Assembly: GCA_964016885.1 (NCBI GenBank)
Contig: OZ024748.1
Coordinates: forward strand, 17,360,001 to 17,424,000
Reading direction: 5' to 3'
DNA length: 64,000 nucleotides
DNA from: Eledone cirrhosa
Taxonomy: Eukaryota
Position 1 is the first letter of the stretch; the number at the start of each line of letters is the position of its first letter. A model generated the notes under the pieces. It did no database searches. It worked only from the letters and a program-made list of their open reading frames with translations, and was not told where the DNA came from. Below, piece after piece: positions 15,850 through 28,840 of the stretch. The position numbers were made by a program, and so were the translations under genes.

Positions 15850-16262
15850 AAAAGCACCCAGCCCACACTGTAAAGTGGTCGTGTTGGTGTTACGACAAAA
15901 AACACCCAGCTCACACTGTAAAGTGGTCGTGTTGGTCTTACGACAAAAAACACCCAGCCCACATTGTAAAGTGGTCGTGTTGGTGTTACGATAAAAAACA
16001 CCCAGCTCACAATGTAAAGTGGTCGTGTTGGTCTTACGACAAAAAAATACCCAGCCCACACTGTAAAGTGGTCGTGCTGGTGTTACGACAAAAAACACCC
16101 AGCTCACACTGTAAAGTGGTCGTGTTGGTGTTACGACAAAAAACACCCAGCTCACATTGTAAAGTGGTCGTGTTGGTATTACGACAAAAAGCACCCAGCC
16201 CACACTGTAAAGTTGTCGTGTAGGAGACATGGCAAAAAGCACCCAGTCCACACGGTAAATGA
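15850..16262 (+). repeat. 48-bp tandem repeat (~8-9 copies) inside a SINE/RTE-tail element ending at ~16430
   Basis: Unit aaaaacacccagcccacactgtaaagtggtcgtgttggtgttacgaca. Confidence 0.9.
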
Positions 16263-17990
16263 GGTTGACATTAGGAAGGGCATCCAGCCATAGAAATCCA
16301 GCCAGAAGCTGTCCTATATAAGCTTCTATATAAGCGAGACATGCTCACCCGACCCAACTTGCCTCTAATGGGACAAACCCGTCTAACCCATACTTGCATG
16401 GAAAATAGAACTTAAACGATGATGATGATACCAACTTAACTTTTGTCCTTATCTGCAGAGGTCATCTAAGAAGTATTTATTCTGTGAACACTAATATATA
16501 CCAATGTTTCATTAACCCTTTTGGTAGCATATTTCTAGTAAAACTCACTATATATGATTTTCAGATAATCAAGAATTTGGGGTGATTTAATAAAATAGTG
16601 AATTTTCTCATTGTTAACTTTATATATACTATTGTATTTTTGTGGTAAAGGCTTTATCTTACATAATTATCTCACATAATATTGAATCTATGAGAATTTG
16701 ATGTTATTTATTTTGAGAAATATACCTTAACATAAGTATGAACGGCCAGTTATAGCTGGTTTGAACAGAAAGAGGGAAAATAATTCTGGCCGGATACGGC
16801 CAGTTTAAATGCTAAAGTTGGTGTCTGGAAAATAAATTAACATAGGTTCTTATATAAAATTACAATGCAATGTTTTTATTAAATATAAAGACTTGAAAAT
16901 AAACTGCTTCAGGTATCAAAAGAATTAATTGCTCAGAAGTAAGATTTTTTTAATATTAAAACAAGCTTCCACAAACAATAACAAAATTCTAAATTTAGCC
17001 CCAAATATATACTAAACCAGCTGTTCTTTTCAAAAAAGAACTCATGAAAAGGATTGAGAATTAAAAACATATCTAAATAGATATTTATTTAGTTCAAAAT
17101 TTGAAGAATCATAGCAGCGTTAATAAGTAGTTGGTGAAAGGTAACCAAAATATTGCAATCATTAAAGACATTTTTTTTTTCCTTAAAAAGAAAGGAAAAA
17201 AAAACAAGCAATCGATACGCTGTAATGGAAAGTTTTGGTAAAAATCTTGCAAAGGAATTCTTCACACTTTTGTTATACCATAGTAACTAACTCTATACTG
17301 TTTTTCTAACACAAGCAGTATTGTAACTAAGGAAACTGATGTGTGTAGAACCATTCAGAAATATGATACAGAAATTGAATAACAAAAAACAATAAACATT
17401 GTTTTTCATAATCATAATAATAATAATGATAATAATAATAATAATGATAATGCGGAAAGTGATATAATGATAACAACAATAATAATAATAAATGGCCATT
17501 TTATTGTTGTTGATGATGACGATGATGATGATGATAACATGGTCATTTTTTTTTTTTTTTTTTTTGTGGATGGGGTGCTTAATATTACGGCAATTATTCT
17601 ACACTGCATTGACGTCTCCTAGCTCTTCAAGAAGGCTGAAATAATTTACTCAAATCCCCACGATAGAATTGTTATCCATTCCTGCAGTTACCTTAACATA
17701 AAATAGTATCCTTAGCAACATATTTCATACCATGTCTAAAGAAAAGAGGAAGAAATTGCAGGCATTTTTCGTTTGGATTTTATTGGAGAGGTGGAGGGGT
17801 GGGTGAATTTTGTAGTTATTTGGGGGTTTTTTTTCCTCTGTTAACTAAGAATGTTAGTTAATGCTTTCCACCACATAATGGAAAGGAATTAAAATAACAG
17901 CAACATAAAATGTCTTAGTTCTATTTAAGAAAAAAAGATGTGGTTATTCTTTCGAAAATATATTTGAGTGTTTAATTGAGAATAGTTCTG

Positions 17991-18057
<67 letters not shown>

Positions 18058-18138
18058 AAAGTAAACAGAAATCACAAAGCAAATGACACAGAACAATGAA
18101 GAAATATATTAGTTTCACGCTTGAAATAATAGGAAAGA

Positions 18139-18177
18139 ATCTTAACGTTTCAGACCACTAGTCCTTCATCGGAAGAT
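18139..18177 (-). ncRNA. Hammerhead variant with CCGATGA core in a (TA)n-flanked element (18058-18280)
   Basis: Reverse complement atctt-CCGATGA-aggactagtggtct-GAAAC-GTT-aagat; palindromic AACGTT helix III; degenerate relative near 7480-7630. Confidence 0.65.
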
Positions 18178-18331
18178 AAAATGTGGAATAAAAGATAAAA
18201 TAGAATGGTAGAGAGTGAGGAAAGGAAGGAACGGGAAAAATATTTGAGAAAGAAACACTTGTGTGTATTCAATCAGCAATATATATATATATTTATATTT
18301 GTACATATGCCCACACACACACACACACACA

Positions 18332-18403
<72 letters not shown>

Positions 18404-18753
18404 CTCAACTGACAACTGAGCTCTTGCCATTTTGACAGCAAATTTCTGCTGAAATGGCAAAAGCTCAGCTGTCGGTCACTGACTCTCTAATATATTTACT
18501 ACTATCCCAAGTATTGCATACTCTGCTGAGTTTAAAACTGGTAAAATCCTGATATATATATATATATATATTTGTATAAAGGTTGCTTGGATGTTTCCAT
18601 AGGCGGTATGCCGGTTGAGCACTCCATGCTCCGTCGGAGCAGAGTATAATAATATGGAAAACGAAGAAGAATCAGTGATGCATCGAAACACAAATTTATT
18701 AACGTATTACAATTGTTTCTCCCCTGTCAGAGGATTTGCTTCAAAGTCACTGG

Positions 18754-18846
18754 ACGTATCTGAGGAACTGGCAAATCCAGAGTCAGGTTCAATCCACAAA
18801 TAGATCGCACCTCAAGCTGTTCGCCGGAGAAACAATTGTAATACGT
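18754..18846 (+). ncRNA. Type I hammerhead in fold-back element 18572-18890
   Basis: acgtat-CTGAGGA-(ctggc...gccgg, ~62 nt)-GAAAC-aatt-GTA-atacgt; inverted arm at 18652-18722. Confidence 0.8.
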
Positions 18847-18892
18847 AATAAATTGTGTTCCGATGCATCACTGATTCTTCGTTTTCCATATC

Positions 18893-19680
18893 ATATATCA
18901 TCATCATCATCAACGTTTAACGTCCGTGTTCCACGCTTGCATGGGTTTGGACGGGGGTTTTCCCACTTGAGGCAAGAGTGGTTGTCTTGCTCGCATAGGA
19001 CTGTCTGGCGGGTTTTCTACAGCTGGATGCCCTTCCTAACACCAACCACATTTACAGTGTGGGGCTGGGAGGTTTTTACCGTGTTGCCTACACGGCCACA
19101 TTACAGCGTGGACTGTCTGGCGGGTTTTCTACAGCTGGATGACCTTCCTAACACCAACCACATTTACAGTGTGGGTCTGGGAGGTTTTTACCGTGTTGCC
19201 TACACGGTCACATTACAGCGTGGACTGTGTGTTTTTTTGTCATGACACCTACACGATCTCATTTGTTTCGGCCTGGATGTTGTGGCATCAACATAACTTT
19301 ACATTGAAAGGGGCGGTGTGGATGGGGTGGGGGTGGTGGGACGGGGGTGTGTTTTGTTAGAGATGCCTACTGACTGTAGTAGGTTTTACTTTGTATTTAG
19401 GTAAGGCGGGTCTTCTCTATTACTGAGTACTGCCAAAGGTCTCGGTCCAGTGACATTGTCTTGGAGAGGTGTAAGCGTGTGAGGTCGGAATTTATCATGT
19501 CGTCCCAGTTTTTTCTGGGTCTGCCTACTCCGTGGCTACCGTCTATCTTTATTGCCCTGCACTTTGTTATACAGCTGTCATCTTTCATGCGCATCACGTG
19601 ACCATACCAACGTAGCCTTCTCTCGAGTAAACAACATCTGATCCCTCTTATTTCTAATTTTTTCCTTAGTTCGTTTATGT
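18893..19680 (-). mobile_element. 5'-truncated RTE-clade LINE (ORF end plus 3'UTR)
   Basis: RRLRWYGHVMRM..GRPRKNWDDMI..DL..DRDLW* at 19397-19680, followed by a 3'UTR with a (GAT)n tail. Confidence 0.9.
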
Positions 19681-19701
19681 TTATATATATATATATATAT
19701 A

Positions 19702-20279
19702 AATTAAATAGAGTATGTGTTAGTTTATCAGCAACACTTTAGTATACAGGGTAGAGCACTCGAAGAAGTACACAAGTGGGGCTGTTTAATCTAGAGTATA
19801 CTTATAGATATGAAATACAAGTGAATAGGTTATAATTCACTTTGTTTATTCATAATTGCAGATATAGTTATTTGGGTGGTAACTGTTATACAACAGCTAT
19901 GACCTCATCAGACAGCTAGAAGTTGAACAAAAAAAACGAAAACCATAAAGAAATAAAAATTACTCCTGTTTCAATACATTGATATGCACCGGGCTGATAT
20001 TTGGTGTTGCTTTCTCATAGCATTGGTGCTTTGAGAAAGCAACACACATCTACATATATATGTGTGTGTGTGCATGTGTGCATATTAGCCTGGAGCATAG
20101 CAATGAATCGAAATAACAGAAGTAAGCTTTATTTCATCTTTGTTTTGTTTTTTCTGTTCAACTTCTTAGCTGTCTGATGAGGTCATAACTGTTGCATAAT
20201 GGTTGTCACCAAAATATATATAACAGCCATTATGAATAAATGAAGTAAATTATAATCTGTTGACTTGTACTTCATGACT
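19702..20279. mobile_element. Older fold-back HHR element
   Basis: Diverged inverted arms with cores at 19905-19911 (-) and 20174-20180 (+); gctgt/acagc stem I; GAAA decayed to AAAA. Confidence 0.7.
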
Positions 20280-20419
20280 ATATATATATATATCATCATC
20301 ATCATCGTTTAACGTCTATCTTCCACATTAGCATGGGTTAGACGGGAATTGTCCCACCTGTAGAAATATTGATCGGGTGACCGTGTATTGTTCGTAATAT
20401 GTATATATATATGTACATA

Positions 20420-20845
20420 AGGATTGCAGATTCATCATAGACGATAGCCATCTCTTATCGATTCTTCATTGTCATCTCATTCGTGCCCATAATTTCGTAG
20501 ATCACTTTGTAGACCAGCTGCATATCTGTATGGCTTATGACACGGGTGTCAGAAGAGAGTTGTGCTTTCTACATTATCGGTGTGGTCACCCTCTGAGACA
20601 CAATCTTTATGCACCACCATGTGTTTTTTTAGTCTGAAACTAATTCTACTCACTTTGTTGCATATCACGCGGGCGGTTAACCTTTCATGTGACTTCAGGG
20701 GATTAACATAACCAGCCTTTGAGAGGAGTACACGTTGACAGAAATTACATGTCCAACTACTGATGACTTCATCGAGACTGTGAACACAACCTTTCCGGAG
20801 CTGGCAATTCAGTTGTTTATGTTCTAGACAACATAATACTTACAT
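20420..20845 (-). pseudogene. Decayed triple C2H2 zinc-finger C-terminus, probably from an RTE-type LINE
   Basis: Manual translation WTCNFCQRVLLSKAGYVNPLKSH, ICNKVSRISFRLKKHMVVH, *HPCHKPYRYAAGLQSDLRNYG with stops and lost ligands. Confidence 0.55.
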
Positions 20846-21859
20846 ACATGTACATATATATATATGTGGGGGCGGGTGTATTGACAGTTTGACTATCCTG
20901 CATTACTCTGTGTTTCTTAGACATGAAGATACATTATATAAATCATCAAATGCATTGTAATTAATGTATCAATCATTGTCTTTTGAATAGCAAGTAGCAA
21001 GTCTAAATATATTATTGATCATTAGATTGTATCTTTGTCATTTTTATCAAGTTCTTCCATAAAACTTTCTCTATGATATTGTCTTTAATCATCTGTCACT
21101 TCTCGTATTTGTTTCCAATAATCCTATTAGCACTTCTGCATCTATTATACTAAATAGTTATTAGATATATTGATGTAGTCTAGTCATGAAGAAAATTATA
21201 AAGTAATGGTGCAATTAATAAACAACTAATATCTTATCATTTACTCGATGTCTTAATTGCAATTGCTGTAGTTTTGCTCTTTATTTTATGTTGCTTTTTA
21301 TATTATTTAAGCGAGTAAAATTTATAAGTCAAGATGTTGTCAAAACTATCATTTAAAATACAATTGTTTTTACTTGAGCTCTGCTAATCTGATGTGAATA
21401 GAATATTTAACCCTTTTCATAGCAAACTGGTTAGAATAAGCTCTGTTTCTAAGGAAAAAAATACAAAAAACACCCGTTTTAAAGTTAAAATCTTGCAACA
21501 TAATTCTATATAAGAATCATAGAAGTTACTATCTTAATCATGATATAGTTAATGTTTAGAAAATCCTTAAAAAATTCTTCATTAATTAATTTAAATGGGA
21601 GTGCATTTCATTAGAAATGTGGACAAGATCTATCTATCTATATATATAAATAACAAAATAAGATGCTGATGTTACATAAATCGTTTAATCATTACAATTA
21701 TTTCCATGGTTCTCCATGCAATCGAGAAGTCCTTCATGCATTTGTTGTTATGAGAATGGTATCCTCAGATGAAATCCGATTTATTGATATGCTGCCGGCA
21801 GGAAAAAACACGTCCTTCTACTTGTGTGCCCAGAGAGATACTTTCCTTCTTTTTGACAA

Positions 21860-22093
21860 AATCCCAGATCTCATTGGACCAAGAAAACAATGTTCTCTAT
21901 TGGTCTTTCCATTGCTGATACTATCTACCAGTCACAACTCCTGGCAAAAAGAGCAGTGAAATAAAGTGTCTTGTAAACAATCTAAATTAAAGTGTCTTGC
22001 TCAAGGACATAACACTTAGCCAGTCCAAGAGTCAAACTTGCAGACTCACTATCGGGAATCCAATTCTATAACCACTAAGCCACAGGCCTTCAC
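21860..22093 (-). mobile_element. CORE-like SINE family 2, diverged
   Basis: aaagtgtcttgctcaaggacataac...aaccactaagccac. Confidence 0.7.
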
Positions 22094-22096
22094 AAA

Positions 22097-22189
22097 GTGG
22101 GGTTAAGAACCCTCGGATAAATGGAAAAAAGATGAGTATTGACGTCAATACTCATCTTTTTCCATTTATCCGAGGGTTCTTAACCCCAC
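22097..22189. repeat. Near-perfect 93-bp palindrome without a spacer
   Basis: Arms centred on GACGTC (22141-22146), with one A/T-run length difference. Confidence 0.9.
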
Positions 22190-22509
22190 GATCAGGCTAA
22201 ATAATTTTCTTTAATTTCTTTAGTCAAAATACGGTGATAGCTTAAATTTATAATTTCAAAACTAGCTCGCTGTTTCGAAAATATTCTTACTTGATATATA
22301 TATTTATTTAGGGCGACCGACTGAGGTAGAAGCTGCAAAATAGTCGGTCATCCTCTTGTCTATGATTTTCAGCCCCATGGATTTTATCTGTTATATTTCG
22401 AATACCTGATAATATCACTGGATTCATACTGAACCCGGTCATTGAAATGATCATAGTATAATAAACCTTTCAAGGATTTACACCAGTCCAGCCTCCTGTT
22501 ATTTTATAA

Positions 22510-22567
<58 letters not shown>

Positions 22568-22570
<3 letters not shown>

Positions 22571-22760
22571 GAGGGTCAGCTGAAAAGTTTATAAGGTGAC
22601 TAAGATGCTCTCATGGAATGACCAAAAGAAGTTTATTTCTCAATATAGTCACTGGAAAGAAACGATGCAGTTATTATTAATAATAAGAGTTGAAATTAAT
22701 GCATGTAAAATTTCAATCCTTCTGTTAGAATATGAAAACCTTTGAGCCAACCCTTGTGTA
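22568..22760. mobile_element. Mariner-type MITE
   Basis: TA-TGAGGGTCAGCTGAAAAGTT ... aacctttgagccaacccttgtg-TA imperfect TIRs. Confidence 0.7.
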
Positions 22761-22784
22761 CATATATATATATATATATATGCA

Positions 22785-23244
<460 letters not shown>

Positions 23245-23322
23245 GGATGGATTCTGTAAGAAATTAGATAGACCATTACTCACCAGTTGGGGTAGTAGAG
23301 TGCTAAAACTAGCTTATATATA

Positions 23323-23505
23323 AATGTATCTCGGATTCAATCAGGGGTAACCACAGTAAGTAAGGTACTCAGTACATAGCAGAATATAAATGCTTAATAT
23401 AGAAATGGTTTCAACAGGGCTAGACAGTTTCATTTGAAGGAAATCATCAGGAAAGCCTGATTTCCTTCGAATGAAACAGTTCTAGTCCTGTAGAAGCCAT
23501 TTCTA
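23323..23505. mobile_element. Fold-back HHR element centred on the ribozyme core
   Basis: Minus-strand CTGATGA(23444-23450)-tttccttcaaat-GAAAC-t-GTC; inverted arms 23398-23445 / 23458-23505. Confidence 0.65.
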
Positions 23506-23618
23506 TATATATATATAATTACAACAATGGTATGTACAGGTACTTAGTTTCGTAGGGCTATATTAACTCATCCTATGGACTGACTGCTCTTATTCTTGGA
23601 TATTTATACCAAATTTGT

Positions 23619-23650
<32 letters not shown>

Positions 23651-23858
23651 AAATATAAATTAGCAAGAATCGTATTTCAGCACAGGAATTAACGAAAATC
23701 AACGTCCGATATGTGTGGCAAGCGCTCGATGATTCATGTGAATCAGAGCTACAACATACGTTAAGGGCCAAACACACTGAGATGATGGTTAAACATATCA
23801 TCCGCACAGCCAAAACAAATGACCAAGTAATTCGGGTCAAACAATAAAAATATATGTG

Positions 23859-23890
<32 letters not shown>

Positions 23891-23894
<4 letters not shown>

Positions 23895-25510
23895 TGGAAT
23901 AAATGCTCTGAAATAGCGATATATATGTGAATATAGACATAGAATATTCGAAAATATTCTGTATGTTTATAATAAACATTTTGAAGACCTAATCGCTATA
24001 GAATAGAATACGTCACGTATTACAATTAGATTCTCGATAAAAGCAAGGGAAGTAATCTACGCGTTTCATTCTCGTTAGAAATCATCAGGACTACATATCC
24101 AGTGCTTTTATCGAGAATGACACAGCTAGAGACTTATAGAATACTTAGCTGTGTACAGGAACTGGTTTGAAAGAGCGGTTGCCGGTCCGGCAGAAATTAG
24201 AAATTGGAATAAATGCTCTGAAATAGCGATATATATGTGAATATAGACATAGAATATTCGAAAATATTCTGTATGTTTATAATAAACATTTTGAAGACCT
24301 AATCGCTATAGAATAGAATACGTCACGTATTACAATTAGATTCTCGATAAAAGCAAGGGAAGTAATCTACGCGTTTCATTCTCGTTAGAAATCATCAGGA
24401 CTACATATCCAGTGCTTTTATCGAGAATGACACAGCTAGAGACTTATAGAATACTTAGCTGTGTACAGGAACTGGTTTGAAAGAGCGGTTGCCGGTCCGG
24501 CAGAAATTAGGTCTTCAAAATGTTTATTATAAACATACAGAATATTTTCGAATATTCTATGTCTATATTCACATATATATCGCTATTTCAGAGCATTTAT
24601 TCCAATTTCTAATTTCTGCCGGACCGGCAACCGCTCTTTCAAACCAGTTCCTGTACACAGCTAAGTATTCTATAAGTCTCTAGCTGTGTCATTCTCGATA
24701 AAAGCACTGGATATGTAGTCCTGATGATTTCTAACGAGAATGAAACGCGTAGATTACTTCCCTTGCTTTTATCGAGAATCTAATTGTAATACGTGACGTA
24801 TTCTATTCTATAGCGATTAGGTCTTCAAAATGTTTATTATAAACATACAGAATATTTTCGAATATTCTATGTCTATATTCACATATATATCGCTATTTCA
24901 GAGCATTTATTCCAATTTCTAATTTCTGCCGGACCGGCAACCGCTCTTTCAAACCAGTTCCTGTACACAGCTAAGTATTCTATAAGTCTCTAGCTGTGTC
25001 ATTCTCGATAAAAGCACTGGATATGTAGTCCTGATGATTTCTAACGAGAATGAAACGCGTAGATTACTTCCCTTGCTTTTATCGAGAATCTAATTGTAAT
25101 ACGTGACGTATTCTATTCTATAGCGATTAGGTCTTCAAAATGTTTATTATAAACATACAGAATATTTTCGAATATTCTATGTCTATATTCACATATATAT
25201 CGCTATTTCAGAGCATTTATTCCAATTTCTAATTTCTGCCGGACCGGCAACCGCTCTTTCAAACCAGTTCCTGTACACAGCTAAGTATTCTATAAGTCTC
25301 TAGCTGTGTCATTCTCGATAAAAGCACTGGATATGTAGTCCTGATGATTTCTAACGAGAATGAAACGCGTAGATTACTTCCCTTGCTTTTATCGAGAATC
25401 TAATTGTAATACGTGACGTATTCTATTCTATAGCGATTAGGTCTTCAAAATGTTTATTATAAACATACAGAATATTTTCGAATATTCTATGTCTATATTC
25501 ACATATATAT
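23891..25510. mobile_element. 310-bp HHR-containing tandem array (retrozyme/non-autonomous PLE-like): 2 units minus, then ~3.2 units plus
   Basis: Exact 310-bp period (cores at 24721, 25031, 25341 +; 24082, 24392 -); (TA)n at both ends. Confidence 0.92.
24691..24779 (+). ncRNA. Type I hammerhead (repeated at 25001-25089 and 25311-25399; minus copies at 24030-24118 and 24340-24428)
   Basis: gtagtc-CTGATGA-t ttct aacg agaa t-GAAAC-gc-GTA-gattac, plus a perfect 16-bp distal stem attctcgataaaagca/tgcttttatcgagaat. Confidence 0.9.
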
Positions 25511-25850
25511 ATATATATATATACAAATAAAATACAGAGTTATTAACTCATATAGTTACCCTGCAATTAATAAGCTCAAAGTATAAATACTGACCATTAT
25601 AATATTATGTGTAGAAGTAAACACATTTATTTCGGCGCTCAAAGTATAAATACTGACCATTAAAATATTAATATAATATGTGTAGAAGTAAACACATTTA
25701 TTTCGGCTCCTTATCTGTTGAGCTTATAAAAATGAGTATAAATAGGCTATTATTTCTAGCATAACCTCTCGCACCGCATATGACTTTCAACGCACGAGGT
25801 GTAAACTTTAGTGAGTTTCTCGTTATAGGTGTTGTGTATCATTTAATCTT

Positions 25851-25942
25851 ATCTCTCGCTGACGAAATGCCTACGGATTACTGGTTACAAACACAATTCA
25901 TTCAGGGCGAAACAGATTAAATCTTTAGTCTGTCCGGGAGAT
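25851..25942 (+). ncRNA. Type I hammerhead with long helix III in element 25524-26098
   Basis: atctctcg-CTGACGA-...-GAAAC-agattaaa tc tttagtct-GTC-cgggagat; relative at 42660-43092. Confidence 0.85.
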
Positions 25943-26142
25943 GAAATGGTTATTGATATGGTATGTATGAGAAATCTTGTAAGAAATCTTGTAACATCCC
26001 ATATGATTCAGGTTAAATGATATATAACATTTGTGGTGTAATCTACCCTCGTAATTTTAGATACAGGATTTACTATGTTTACTTCTACACTTATTAATAT
26101 ATATATATATATATTAATATATATATATATATATATATATTT

Positions 26143-26364
26143 TCAGGATCGATCGACTTTCGTCAAATCGGACCGAGGGAACAATGTTTCCGTTGGTCTT
26201 TCCAGTTGCTAGTACTATCTATCGGTCGCAACTCCAGGTAGAAGGAGCAACGTGAAATAAAGTGTCTTGCTCAGGGACATAACGGATCGCCCGGTCCAGG
26301 AATCGAACTCACAACCTCAACATTGTGAATCCAATTCGCTAACCACTCAGCTACACGCCTTCAC
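26143..26364 (-). mobile_element. CORE-like SINE family 2
   Basis: Reverse complement of 6456-6682. Confidence 0.85.
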
Positions 26365-26419
26365 AAAAGGTTGAATGATAAATAGGCTATTATTTCTAGC
26401 ATATGACTTTATATATATA

Positions 26420-26573
<154 letters not shown>

Positions 26574-26575
26574 TA

Positions 26576-26930
26576 TGGAGGCACATGGCTTAGTGGTTAG
26601 ATGGCTTAGAGCATTGGCCTTGCAATCGAAAGGTTGTGAGTTCAATTCTCAGACCGGGCGATGTGTTGTTTCCTTGAGCAAGGCACTTTATTTCACATTG
26701 CTCCAGTTTACTCAGCTGTAGAAATGAGATGATATGGACTGGGGTCCCTATCATTCCACTGCAAAGTGGTCGTGGAGGTGCCACGGCAAAAAAGCACCCA
26801 GCACTCACTGTAAATGAGGTTGGTGTTAGGAAGGGCATCCAGCTGTAGAAATCAAGCCAGAATCAGTTCCCGTCCCACCCTTGCAAGCAGGGAAAAGCGG
26901 ACGTAAAATGAAATGAAAAATGAAATGAAA
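26576..26930 (+). mobile_element. CORE-like SINE with RTE-type tail
   Basis: Same family as 4657-4962. Confidence 0.9.
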
Positions 26931-27239
26931 TATATTTCAAGGGCAACCAAGGCAAATTATGGTGCGCTTTCATCAGATAAAATACAGCGAACTTCAACCG
27001 TTAAGGTTGTTTTTTTCCGGGTATGTCAATATTTATAAAACAAATCTGTATTTTATCTGATGAAAGCGCACCATAATTTGCCTTGGTTGCCCTTGAAATA
27101 TATATAATAAAATAATTATGGTTTTAAAAATATAGTTTCCATTTATTAATATATTGAATATTTACTCCATTAAACTGTTGAGTGCTTTATATCAGTTATA
27201 AAATGTTTAAGCTTGTTGAATCCCAATATAACCTCTGCA
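26931..27239. mobile_element. Fold-back HHR element (cores 26970-26976 - and 27057-27063 +)
   Basis: 67-bp inverted arm; tattttat-CTGATGA-...-GAAA-tatatata-ataaaata. Confidence 0.85.
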
Positions 27240-27255
27240 TATATATATATATATG

Positions 27256-27468
27256 TGAAGGCGTGTGGCTGAGTGGTTAGAGAATTGTATTCATGAGGTT
27301 GTGAGTTCGATTCCTGGACCAGGCAATGCGTTATGTCCTTGGGCAAGACACTTTATTTCACGTTGCTCCTTCTACCTGGAGTTGCGACCGATAGATAGTA
27401 TTAGCAATTGGAAAGACCAACGGAAACATTGTTCTCTCGGTCCGATTTGACGAAAGTCGATCGTTCCT
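27256..27468 (+). mobile_element. CORE-like SINE family 2
   Basis: A/B boxes and core as in 6456-6682. Confidence 0.85.
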
Positions 27469-27869
27469 TATATATATATATAGATATATACACACACACA
27501 CACATGCACATGCACACACTCACAAGTATGTACAAGTTTACTATTGTAGAATTGCCAAGTCCTAATTAAGCTGCTTAGTATATAAAGATAAAATGAAATA
27601 AAATGAAATGAAATATAAATATATTTGTATTATTCGACTTTATTTTAATTGTCGGCAGTTTGCCTTGGTGCCGTTCTGTCTTGCCAGCATGTCCAGAGAT
27701 CCATCTGCTTAACAATACATGAAGTGCTTGCTTGATAAAACTCAGTCCACTCAACCAAGGAGGTGAATGAGGGTGAGGGGGAGGAGCAAGGGGTAGGAGG
27801 CGGGGGTGGGGGGGACTTTGATGGCTTGATGGTTAGATATTAATCATTGTGAGCTAGTGTAAATTGTGT

Positions 27870-28773
27870 CAGTGGTGGTGGTGTAGTAGTCAGTGGTGGT
27901 GTGGTGATGTAGTGGTCAGGAGGGTGGTGGTGGTGTGGTGGTGAGCGTGGTGGTGTAGTGGTGGGGGAGGTTAGTGGTATGGTGGTGAGGGTGGTGGTGT
28001 AGTGGTAGTAGTGGTGTGGTGTTAGCCATGGTGGGGTGGTGTGGTGGAGAGAAGGAAGATGGTGATGGTTGGCGGAGGTTGGTGGTGTGGTTTTTGTATT
28101 ATTGGTGGTATGGTGGTGAAGAGGAAGTGTGCTGTTGGAGGTGGTGGTGGAGGTAATGGTGGTGTTGGAGGTGGTGGTGGTGTTGGAGGTGATGATGGTA
28201 GTGGTGTTGGAAGTGATGGAGGTGGTGGTGGAGGTGGAGGTAATGGTGGTGTTGGAGGTGGTGGTGGAGGTGATGGTGGTGTTGGAGGTGATGGTGGTGT
28301 TAGAGGTGGTGGTGGAGGTGGTGGTGGTGTTGAAGGTGGTGGTGGAGGTGGTGGTGGTGGTGGAGGTGGTGGTGGAGGTGATAGAGGTGGAGGTGATAGA
28401 GGTGGTGGTGGAGGTGATGGTGGTGTTGGAGGTGGTGGTGGTGTTAGAGGTGGTGGTGGAGGTGATGATGGAGATGGTGTTGGAGGTGGAGGCGATGGTG
28501 GTGTTGGAGGTGGTGGTGGTGGTGGAGGTGATGATGAAGGTGGTGATGGAGGTGGAGGCGATGGTTGTGTTGGAGGTGATGGTGGTGTTAGAGGTGGTGG
28601 TGGAGGTGATGATGGAGGTGGAGAGGGGTTTGGCAATGGTGGCACTAATACTACTATTACTACTATTACTACTATTACTACTACTACTTCTGCAGTAGTC
28701 GGAGATATAGGAATAATTAATTGATGGCCATGTGGTGGTAGTGACAGTGGCTCCATTTTCTATGGAAGATTTA

Positions 28774-28804
<31 letters not shown>

Positions 28805-28806
28805 GA

Positions 28807-28840
<34 letters not shown>

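Noticed and set aside
15850-16262. CRISPR-like regular repeats (also 37307-37785)
   Set aside because: No unique spacers, no cas genes, eukaryotic context
27630-27860. Possible conserved non-coding regulatory element
   Set aside because: Cannot be supported without comparative data
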